Made by a program: the position numbers and the translations under genes
Shown: positions 17,971-26,275 of the stretch, piece by piece
How positions within the stretch are numbered: position 1 is the stretch's first letter
Layout of the letters: the number at the start of each line of letters is the position of its first letter
DNA from: Candidatus Nanohalarchaeota archaeon
GTDB lineage: Archaea > Nanohalarchaeota > Nanosalinia > Nanosalinales > JAFCCC01
Direction: 5' to 3'
NCBI GenBank assembly: GCA_017610385.1
Contig: JAFCCC010000001.1
Location: 32,001-96,000 of the forward strand
Length of the DNA: 64,000 bases
Notes under the pieces: model-generated
What the model was told of the DNA's origin: nothing
What the model saw: the letters and a program-made list of their open reading frames with translations, nothing else
Database searches by the model: none

Positions 17971-18674
17971 AAGAAATTAAACTAATATTAGGCATCGATG
18001 AGGCGGGCAGATCTTGAAAGTCTCTTGGTTTTCAGGGGCCCAAAGGGCCTGTAATCGGTAGCATGTTCGTAGCAGGGGCAGTCATAGAAGAAAACCGAGA
18101 ATCTGAATTAAAAAAACTGGGAGTAAAAGACTCTAAAATGCTCAAAGAAAAAGATAGAGAAAGAATGGCTGCGGAATTACCCGGAATTCTTAATAAATAC
18201 GCAGTTAAAGAAGTTACAGCTATGCAAATCGATGAATTAATGAAAACAATTAATTTGAATGTTATTGAAATGCAAATGTTCGCTAAAATAATTCAAGAAT
18301 TAAAGCCAGATAAAGTAATAATAGACCTTCCGGAAAATAATGCTGAAAAATTCATCTTGAAAGTAAAAAAATTCATGGATCCAAAACAGTATAAAAATCT
18401 TGAGTTTGTTGCAGAACACAAAGCAGATGAAAATTATCCGATTGTAAGTGCAGCTTCAATTTTAGCGAAGAGTGCAAGAGAAAAACATGTAAAAGATCTT
18501 TATGGGGAATATGGTTATTTCCGAACAGGTTATCCTCATGATGAAGACACAATAAATATGCTTGAAAGGTATGTTAAAGCAAACAAAAAGCTTCCAGAAA
18601 TAGCCAGACATTCATGGAGTACATCTAAACGAATTTTAAAGAAGTTCGCCCAGAAAAAATTAGGGCAATTTTGA
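17967..18674 (+). CDS. rnhB: Ribonuclease HII, split by a 33-nt BHB intron (exon 1 17967-18010, exon 2 18044-18674; 224 aa spliced)
   Basis: Exon 1 MKEIKLILGIDEAG-AG joins A-GGG-CCT to restore DEAGRGPVIG; downstream GVKDSK, EHKAD, VSAASILAK, TGYPHD. Confidence 0.92.
18011..18043 (+). other. Putative pre-mRNA intron with BHB motif
   Basis: Central helix GGGC/GCCC, bulges AG|A and AA|A, 9-bp intron stem TCTTGAAAG/TTTTCAGGG, in-frame TGA at 18015-18017. Confidence 0.85.
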
Positions 18675-18708
18675 AATTTATTTATATAATCTAAACCTTA
18701 TTAAAACT

Positions 18709-18849
18709 ATGCTTGGTCATATAAAAAAATTAAGTAAAAAGCAATTAATTTCTACATTTGCGATTGTTCTACTTATTTTGGTGTTTGGTATATTGATATT
18801 CAATGGAACAATAACAGGAAGCGTAATTAGAAATGCACTTTTAAGATAA
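18709..18849 (+). CDS. Small membrane protein (46 aa), not in the ORF track
   Basis: MLGHIKKLSKKQLISTFAIVLLILVFGILIFNGTITGSVIRNALLR: basic N-terminus, TM helix, ITGSVI motif. Confidence 0.55.
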   Translation: MLGHIKKLSKKQLISTFAIVLLILVFGILIFNGTITGSVIRNALLR

Positions 18850-18903
18850 TTCATCTCGCAAAGAATAAAAAGATTTTAAAAGAACTTATTGAAAAGAGTT
18901 ATT

Positions 18904-20214
18904 ATGAACTTAAAAGATCGAATCACAATTTCTGAGGCATTAAAAACAAAAGAAGGATCTAAAGTAAGTGTTGCTGGTTGGCTAGAAAATCTAAATGTTT
19001 TGGGCAAGATTGCCTTTCTGAAACTAAGAGATGGAACAAGCATAATGCAACTGGTTGTTTCTAACAAAAAATTATTAGAAGAATTAAAATTAATCCACCC
19101 AGAAACAGTTGTTTTAGTCGAAGGACTTATACAAAAAGGCCAACAAAAGTCAGGTGATAGGGAATTAGTCGCTGAAAAATTTGAATATTTGGGCTTTGCT
19201 GAGGCACCATTACCTATTGATTTTTCTGGAAAGATTGCAACGTCTATGGATAAAAAATTGGATTGGAGGTGCTTAAGCTTAAGAAATAAGAAAGATCACT
19301 CAATTTTCAAAGTTCAAGCCAAATTAATAGAAGGAATTCAGGAATGGCTAAATAAAAATGGATTTTATCAAGTATTTACTCCTTGTATTATGGGTACGCC
19401 GTCAGAATCTGGAAGTGAAGTTTTTGAAATTAAGTATTACAATAAAAAAGCATTTTTGAGACAAGATCCGCAGTTGCATAGACAATTAACAATTGCAGGA
19501 GGACTAACAAAAATTTATGACATTGGGCCTAGTTGGAGAGCTGAAAAGAGTCATACAAGTAGACATTTATGTGAGCATAGAACTTGTGCAGTTGAAATTG
19601 GATTTATTAAATCAGAACAAGATACTATGCGAATTGAAGAACAAGTTATTATTTCAGCATTTAGAAAAGTTAATGAATCCTGCCAAGCAGAATTAAAAGA
19701 ATTACAAATTAAATTAAAAATCCCAAAAGCACCATTTCTAGAACTGAAATTTCCAGAAGTATATTCTATCTTAGAAAAAATGAATAAAAAGAAGCAAATT
19801 GGGGATACATTAGATACAGAAGATGATAAATTATTGTGGGAATACATTCAAAAAGAATATCCTGCATGCGAATTTTACTTTATTAATGGGTTTCCCTTTG
19901 CTCATAAACCATTTTACGTGATGAATAATGAGAATTCAAAATACGCCAGAAGCGTTGATTTATATTATAAAGGAATAGAAATGTCTTCTGGAGGACAAAG
20001 AGAACACAGATACAATAAACTTATAGATGCAATTAAAGAAAAGAAATTGAATCCAAAATCTGTGGAGTGGTTTACAAAATTTTTCAAATATGGGGTTCCA
20101 CCACACGGAGGTTTTGCTTTAGGTATTGAAAGAATCACAATGGCCTTATTGGATTTAGATAACATTCGAAAGGCGGTTTTATTTCCTCGGGATTCAGAAA
20201 GATTCTCACCATAG
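18904..20214 (+). CDS. aspS: Aspartate-tRNA(Asp/Asn) ligase, archaeal type
   Basis: OB-fold N-terminus, FLRQDPQL, WRAEKSHTSRH, SSGGQRE, GVPPHGGFALGIER, LFPRD. Confidence 0.96.
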   Translation: MNLKDRITISEALKTKEGSKVSVAGWLENLNVLGKIAFLKLRDGTSIMQLVVSNKKLLEELKLIHPETVVLVEGLIQKGQQKSGDRELVAEKFEYLGFAEAPLPIDFSGKIATSMDKKLDWRCLSLRNKKDHSIFKVQAKLIEGIQEWLNKNGFYQVFTPCIMGTPSESGSEVFEIKYYNKKAFLRQDPQLHRQLTIAGGLTKIYDIGPSWRAEKSHTSRHLCEHRTCAVEIGFIKSEQDTMRIEEQVIISAFRKVNESCQAELKELQIKLKIPKAPFLELKFPEVYSILEKMNKKKQIGDTLDTEDDKLLWEYIQKEYPACEFYFINGFPFAHKPFYVMNNENSKYARSVDLYYKGIEMSSGGQREHRYNKLIDAIKEKKLNPKSVEWFTKFFKYGVPPHGGFALGIERITMALLDLDNIRKAVLFPRDSERFSP

Positions 20215-20261
20215 TCTTTTCGAGAAAATATTTATAACCTTCTCGAATAAATAAGAAAGAT

Positions 20262-22805
20262 ATGGCAAGGATTAATAAACTTACAATGGAAGGTTTCAAG
20301 TCGTTCCAACGGAAAACCGCCATACCATTCTTTCCCGGTTTAACTGCGATTGTTGGAGAAAATGGCGCAGGTAAAACCAACATTTTAGATGCGTTATTCT
20401 TTGTTATGGGTAATCGTACATCAAAGTTAAGAACAGATAAAATGACTCATCTAATTTTTAATGGTGGAAAAAATCATAAACCAGCGGAATATGCTATGGT
20501 TACCTTGCATATTAATAATAAAGACAAGTTATTTGACGAATATCTGGGTGGTGCTCATGCAGAAGAAATTACAATTGCTAGAAAAGTGACTCGGGCGTCC
20601 TCAACATATAAATTCATGGGGAAAAATTGCCAAAGAAATATTGTTGATGAAATTCTTTCTAAATTAGCGCTAGACTCTTTTGAAAATAGCTTCATAAAAC
20701 AAAATGAAATTACTAGAATAGTAAAAAAGAATGCTCTTGAACGAAGAAAAATTGTGGATGAACTTTCAGGTGTGGCCGCCTTTGAAGAAAAAAAACAAAA
20801 AGCGATGAAAGAGTTAGAAAAAGTTGAATTAAACCTAAGAGAAAAAGATATTATTTTAGAGGAAAGAAAAACATTATTATTAAAATTAAAGTATGAAAAA
20901 GACAGCGCCTTGAAATACAAGAACCTTGACGAGTTGAAAAATAAATTAGAATTTGCAATTCTCATGTTACGAAAGAAAGTACTAATGGCTCAGGTAGAAA
21001 AAAACATTGAAAAAATCAAAGAATTAAAAATCAGAGAAAGTGAATTTACCACAGATTTAAGTGAATTAGATGTATCTTTGGATTCTACGGAAGAAGAAAT
21101 GGGTAGTTTGGATGAAGGAATTGAAAAAAACCAAGAACTATCTATTTTTAGAGAAATAGAGCATTTGAAAAACCAGGTTTTCAGGAGACAAGGCGAAATT
21201 AAAAGTAAATTATCTGAAATACGAACAATAGAACAATCTATTGAAGAAATTAACAATCTACGAAACAGATATCAAGGACGAGGTGAAAACAAGGCAGTTC
21301 GGTCAATTCTTGAATTAAATTGGATGGGGGTACATGGAACTGTAAGAGAATTAATTAGTGTGCCAGAGAGATATTCTATTGCATTAGAAACCGCTGCAGG
21401 AGGACATCTATCCGATTTGGTGGTAAATACTCGAGAAATTTCAATTAAGTGTATAAACTACCTGAAAAAAGAAAATCTAGGGCGAGTTAGGATTTTGCCA
21501 TTAGAAAAACTATCAAATCATGCTAAAAATCCAAGAACCGAGAGAGCATTACAAAATCCGGGAGTTATAGATTATGCAATTAATTTGATAAGTTTTGAAC
21601 CAAATTTCGGAAAAGCAGTAAGATATGTTTTGCAAGATACTTTGGTGGCAGAAAATTTGGAAGCAGTTAAAAATGTCGAAGGAGTACGTGTAGTTACTTT
21701 AGAAGGGGACTCTCTAAGTGCGGGTGGTGCAATGGTTGGCGGGTCAAAAATTCAATCAAGGAAAACAGAAACCAAATCTTTTGATGTATCACACAAAATA
21801 AAACGCGTTGAACTTCTAAAAAAAGAAATTGAAGATTTAAAAAGAGAGATTGGAGATTTAAATGGTGTTTTAGATCAAAAGAGATCTTTAGAAGAAAAAG
21901 AGAGTACAGATTCTAGAAGTCTAATTGATAAAAGGAAAGATATTACCAAAAGATTAGATGATTTAAGAAAATCAAGAGAGAATAGTTATTCTGAGCTATC
22001 TAATACGAAAATGACTTTGAATAAATTAGAAGGAAGTAATTTGCATTTTGAAAATGAATTAACAGAAATTGAACAAATGAGAAAAGAAATTAAAGAGTAT
22101 AAAGACAAAGAAATTGAAGAATTCATGACGTCTACTGTAGAGACTTTAAAATATAAAAGAACCTCTGCGATTAAAAAGCTCAATAACATAGGTATTGTTA
22201 ATTTTAAATCAATAGACGAGTATGACCAGTTCAAAGAAGAATATGACAAGTATAAAAACAAGGTAGAAGGCATACGAATAGAAAAAGAAGAAATTGAACA
22301 GATAATTAAAGAGGCAGAAAATAGAAAGAAAGAAAAATTTATGATTTCTTTCAAAAAACTGACAAATGATTTTGACAAGGTTTTCAAAAAAATATTTGAT
22401 GGAGGAGAAGCTTTTCTGGAGTTGGAAGATTCAGAAAATATTGAAAGTGGATTGATTATCAAAGCGCATCCACCACACAAGAAACCACATGTTATAGATT
22501 CTTTAAGTGGGGGAGAACAGACTTTAACAGCCATAGCGTTTATTTTTGCTGTTCAAGAACAAAAAAAGAGTCCTTTTTACATTTTAGACGAAATTGATGC
22601 TTCATTAGATGCAAGTAATTCTAAAAAAGTGGCGAAACTATTAAAGAAATACGCGGAAAATTTACAATTGATTATGGTTTCACATAACCAAGAAACAGTA
22701 AGATTTGCTGACCGTGTTTATGGGGTTTCCATGGAATCTGGAGTTTCCAAAATAAGATCTATTGATTTAAGTAATATTATGGATACCAAAGAATCAAATA
22801 ATTAA
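20262..22805 (+). CDS. smc: Chromosome segregation protein SMC (short-armed)
   Basis: GFKSF, GENGAGKTN, hinge (GVHGTVRELI...LEGD..GGAMVGG), LSGGE, ILDEIDASLD. Confidence 0.95.
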   Translation: MARINKLTMEGFKSFQRKTAIPFFPGLTAIVGENGAGKTNILDALFFVMGNRTSKLRTDKMTHLIFNGGKNHKPAEYAMVTLHINNKDKLFDEYLGGAHAEEITIARKVTRASSTYKFMGKNCQRNIVDEILSKLALDSFENSFIKQNEITRIVKKNALERRKIVDELSGVAAFEEKKQKAMKELEKVELNLREKDIILEERKTLLLKLKYEKDSALKYKNLDELKNKLEFAILMLRKKVLMAQVEKNIEKIKELKIRESEFTTDLSELDVSLDSTEEEMGSLDEGIEKNQELSIFREIEHLKNQVFRRQGEIKSKLSEIRTIEQSIEEINNLRNRYQGRGENKAVRSILELNWMGVHGTVRELISVPERYSIALETAAGGHLSDLVVNTREISIKCINYLKKENLGRVRILPLEKLSNHAKNPRTERALQNPGVIDYAINLISFEPNFGKAVRYVLQDTLVAENLEAVKNVEGVRVVTLEGDSLSAGGAMVGGSKIQSRKTETKSFDVSHKIKRVELLKKEIEDLKREIGDLNGVLDQKRSLEEKESTDSRSLIDKRKDITKRLDDLRKSRENSYSELSNTKMTLNKLEGSNLHFENELTEIEQMRKEIKEYKDKEIEEFMTSTVETLKYKRTSAIKKLNNIGIVNFKSIDEYDQFKEEYDKYKNKVEGIRIEKEEIEQIIKEAENRKKEKFMISFKKLTNDFDKVFKKIFDGGEAFLELEDSENIESGLIIKAHPPHKKPHVIDSLSGGEQTLTAIAFIFAVQEQKKSPFYILDEIDASLDASNSKKVAKLLKKYAENLQLIMVSHNQETVRFADRVYGVSMESGVSKIRSIDLSNIMDTKESNN

Positions 22806-22883
22806 TATTAAACAAATGAAAGAAAGCTTTTAATACTATAGAGAGGTATATGTTTGAAAAGGGGGGCGGGCAAAGGAATTTAT

Positions 22884-23618
22884 ATGCTCGACTTAGAACT
22901 GCCAGAAACAGAGATTGCAAAGGAAGAACTTAGTATGGAGTTTATTCTAAAAAATAACTGGAATTTGGTATTAGATACACTTTCTAGAGGTCTGGATCCA
23001 TGGAATGTGGATATAACTAAACTTGCATCAAGATACAAAAAATACATTCAATCGATGGAAGATTATAACCTTAAAGTACCTGCAAGATTTATTCTTGTTT
23101 GTTCGATTCTTCTACGAATGAAAGCAGATATTTTATTTGGAAAGCGGGTTATCCATTCTGAATTACCAATAGAAGAATTTAATGAAGATTTCTTTGATAA
23201 CGACCCGCAAAAAGAGCAGTATATCCCAAATATAAGTTTTCCTGTAAGGCGTGCTCCAGTAAGAAGAGTAACTTTGGAGGACTTGAAATCTGAACTCGCA
23301 AAGGCGATGAATATTGAATACTCCCGTAAAAAAAGATGGTCTGAAAGAAAAACAGATTTTGGAATTCATTTGAAAAAATCAAATATAGAAGAAAAACTCA
23401 ATGGAATGATGGAAATACTAAGAAACGTTTTAGTAGGTCATAAAACAATTTCATTTGAAGAATTATTACAGGATAAAAATAAAAAAGAAGTGGTGGAAAA
23501 ATTCGTAAATATTTTACGATTGGAAAATAAAGATCAAATAAAATGTAGCCAAAAAGAATTTTTAGGAAAGATTCTAATAAAATTAAAAAAAGAAATGCAG
23601 GCAAGAGAAAATGAATGA
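22884..23618 (+). CDS. scpA: Kleisin ScpA
   Basis: LDPWNVDITKLA, SILLRMKA, RRVTLEDL, C-terminal wHTH; follows smc. Confidence 0.9.
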   Translation: MLDLELPETEIAKEELSMEFILKNNWNLVLDTLSRGLDPWNVDITKLASRYKKYIQSMEDYNLKVPARFILVCSILLRMKADILFGKRVIHSELPIEEFNEDFFDNDPQKEQYIPNISFPVRRAPVRRVTLEDLKSELAKAMNIEYSRKKRWSERKTDFGIHLKKSNIEEKLNGMMEILRNVLVGHKTISFEELLQDKNKKEVVEKFVNILRLENKDQIKCSQKEFLGKILIKLKKEMQARENE

Positions 23619-24108
23619 TAAATTGGCATTGTTAGAAGCTGCGTTGTTTTTGTCAGCGAAAGCACTTAGTGTTAATAACCTTGCAGATATTTTGGGTTTT
23701 GGTTCTCCAGGATATGTACAAAAAATAATAGATGAATTGAAAGAAGAACTAAAAAAAGATTATAGAGGCATTGAATTAATTGAAAGTAATGGAAAATATG
23801 AATTAAAGGTTAAATCGAGTTTAATTAATAAAGTTGCATATCTTGCTCCAGATCAAGATATTTCCTCGGGAACTCTTAGAACACTATCTCTAATAGCCTA
23901 TGAAACACCAGTTCAACAAAGCAAAATAATTGAAATTAGGGGAAATCGAGGATATTATCAAATTCAAGAATTAAAGGAAAGGGGTTTTGTAACTTCTGAA
24001 AGAAAGGGAAGGACCAATGTTTTAAGTATCACCAAAAGCTTCTTGGATTATTTTGGATTAGAAACTCCCGAAGAATTTAGAATGAATTTTTCAGCTGATT
24101 CTCAGTAA
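23611..24108 (+). CDS. scpB: SMC-Scp complex subunit ScpB
   Basis: LEAALF, LRTLSLIAY..PVQQS.I.EIRG, FLDYFGL. Confidence 0.93.
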   Translation: MNDKLALLEAALFLSAKALSVNNLADILGFGSPGYVQKIIDELKEELKKDYRGIELIESNGKYELKVKSSLINKVAYLAPDQDISSGTLRTLSLIAYETPVQQSKIIEIRGNRGYYQIQELKERGFVTSERKGRTNVLSITKSFLDYFGLETPEEFRMNFSADSQ

Positions 24109-24153
24109 ACGCAATAGTACAGAATTATAAACTTTCAAATAGTAGAGTTTCTT

Positions 24154-26124
24154 ATGGTTTATGAAATTTCATCTATTGATTTATTGGCATTGCTTCCTGA
24201 GTTGCAACAATTAGAAGGAAGTAGAATAAGTAAAATTTATCAAAGAGATAATGAAATAATCTTGGATGTGTATAAAAGTGGGGATAAAAAATATTCCTTG
24301 TTCTTGGCTGCCGGAAAGGCATTTCTAACAAATTATAAAAGAAAAGTTCCAGAGATTCCTCCAAATTTTTGCATGTTTCTTAGGAAATATTTGTTAGGAA
24401 AATATATTACAAAAATAAAACAAAGGAGTTTTGATAGGATTTTAGAAATTCAGATAGAACATTATATTTTAATTTGTGAGGTATTCGGTTCAGGCAACTT
24501 CATTCTAGTGAGTCATGAAAAAATTTTGGCGGCTATGCATCCAAAAAAATGGAAAGACCGTTCTATTTTTAGAGGTGAGTTATACAAAGCCCCGCCTTCG
24601 TCTTTAGACCCCCGACTAATAAAACCAGAATCATTTGCAAATATAAGAAATTTTGACAAACCAATTGTTTCTGCACTTTCTACTATATTTGGAATTGGTG
24701 GGAATTACGCAGAAGAGGTATTATACAGAACTGGGGTAGATAAGAATACCTCATGTAAAACTCTAGAAATAAAACAACTAAACCTGATCTTACACACACT
24801 AATAAAACTAATTTTAGGAGTAAATACTCTTTTTAAACCGAATATTGTGTATAAGGATGGTGAACCTTTGCTAGTTCTTCCAATAGACTTTTTTAAATAC
24901 AAAAATTTTGAAAAAACATATTTTGAAACTTTTTCCAGAGCATTAGACGAATATTATACCTCCCTTGAAAAAAAAGAATCTATAGAAGAATTTATTGCGC
25001 CACAACAGAATAAAGTAGAGGAATTAGAAAGAATTAAAAAACAACAAATTGAAACACTTTCTAAATTGGAAAATGAGCATGAAAAAAGTAAGGAAAAAGC
25101 AGATTTGATATATCGTAATTATTCTCTAGTCGAAACAATTATCAGTGCTCTAAATTCTGCAAGAGGAAAATATGATCAAAAAGAAATAGAAGAAAAACTA
25201 TCACAAGAAAAAGCGCGGGGCGGTATTGAAGCAGGAGCAGTTATTTCAATTAATTTTGCAACCAAGATGGTTCTATTGGATTTGGAACAAGAAATTGAAG
25301 TTGATTTTTCGTTGGGTGTAGAAAAAAATGCTGAGCGATATTATGAACAATCGAAACAAGCCAATAGAAAAATGGGTGGCCTAAGAAAGGCCTTAGAAGA
25401 AACCAAATTAAAATTGAATAAACTTGAGAGTAAGGAAATTCCAATACAATCTGAATCATTTCGACCAATTTATAGTAATCGAAAAAAATATTGGTATGAG
25501 ACATTTCGATGGTATTTTACTAAAGAAAATATCTTGGTCATTGGTGGAAAAGATGCTATGACCAATGAAATTTTAATTAAAAAATACACAGAAAGCACAG
25601 ATATTGTAATGCACGCCGAGCTACCTGGTGCACCGTTTGTAGTAATTAAATCAAACGGAGGCAATATTTCTGAAGAAGTACTCAAAGAAGCTGCGATATT
25701 TGGTATATCTTATTCTTCTTCATGGAGCAAAGGAATAGGAAATGCAGATATTTATTATATTAAACCAGAACAGGTTGTTAAAGTTCCTGGGTTATCAAAG
25801 GGAGCGTTTCAAATACAAGGTAAGCGAAATTATATCTATCATGCACCACTAGAACTGGCTATAGGCCTTCTTGAAAAAGATTCGGATCTTCGAATCATGG
25901 GTGGCCCAATAAACTCTGTAAAAGACGTATGTAAAACATACGTGATAATTAAATATGGCGTGGATAAAAAATCAGATATTGCAAAGAAAATCAAATTCTA
26001 TTTCGAAAAAAACATTAAAGAAAAAATAGACTTAGATGAAATAATTCGAGCATTGCCTCCTGGAAATTGTAAAATTGAGAGATATTCTGAACAAATAAAT
26101 AGAACTACGAGCACTCGTAGTTAA
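24154..26124 (+). CDS. rqcH: Ribosome rescue factor RqcH/Rqc2 (NFACT/FbpA family)
   Basis: PPNFCMFLRKYL, FDRI, WYETFRWY, GGKDAMTNE, HAELPGAP. Confidence 0.93.
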   Translation: MVYEISSIDLLALLPELQQLEGSRISKIYQRDNEIILDVYKSGDKKYSLFLAAGKAFLTNYKRKVPEIPPNFCMFLRKYLLGKYITKIKQRSFDRILEIQIEHYILICEVFGSGNFILVSHEKILAAMHPKKWKDRSIFRGELYKAPPSSLDPRLIKPESFANIRNFDKPIVSALSTIFGIGGNYAEEVLYRTGVDKNTSCKTLEIKQLNLILHTLIKLILGVNTLFKPNIVYKDGEPLLVLPIDFFKYKNFEKTYFETFSRALDEYYTSLEKKESIEEFIAPQQNKVEELERIKKQQIETLSKLENEHEKSKEKADLIYRNYSLVETIISALNSARGKYDQKEIEEKLSQEKARGGIEAGAVISINFATKMVLLDLEQEIEVDFSLGVEKNAERYYEQSKQANRKMGGLRKALEETKLKLNKLESKEIPIQSESFRPIYSNRKKYWYETFRWYFTKENILVIGGKDAMTNEILIKKYTESTDIVMHAELPGAPFVVIKSNGGNISEEVLKEAAIFGISYSSSWSKGIGNADIYYIKPEQVVKVPGLSKGAFQIQGKRNYIYHAPLELAIGLLEKDSDLRIMGGPINSVKDVCKTYVIIKYGVDKKSDIAKKIKFYFEKNIKEKIDLDEIIRALPPGNCKIERYSEQINRTTSTRS

Positions 26125-26133
26125 ACCTTTTTT
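26103..26133 (+). terminator. Palindrome AACTACGAG-CA-CTCGTAGTT followed by a T-run at the rqcH 3' end
   Basis: 9-bp inverted repeat overlapping the last codons, followed by CCTTTTTTT. Confidence 0.4.
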
Positions 26134-26275
26134 AGTGGAATACTGGAACGCAGGTAACTACTAAGTTATGTAAAATCTTTAATAAATAAAGATAGTGTCT
26201 TAAAAAGCTTATGTGAATTAAAAATTCAGTAATAAAACGCATTTGAATTTAAGATGCAACTGGTCTGTGTTAGAA

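Noticed and set aside
18012-18044. rnhB TGA as selenocysteine or readthrough
   Set aside because: Readthrough would insert 11 residues into the catalytic DEAGRGP motif, whereas precise BHB excision explains the sequence fully
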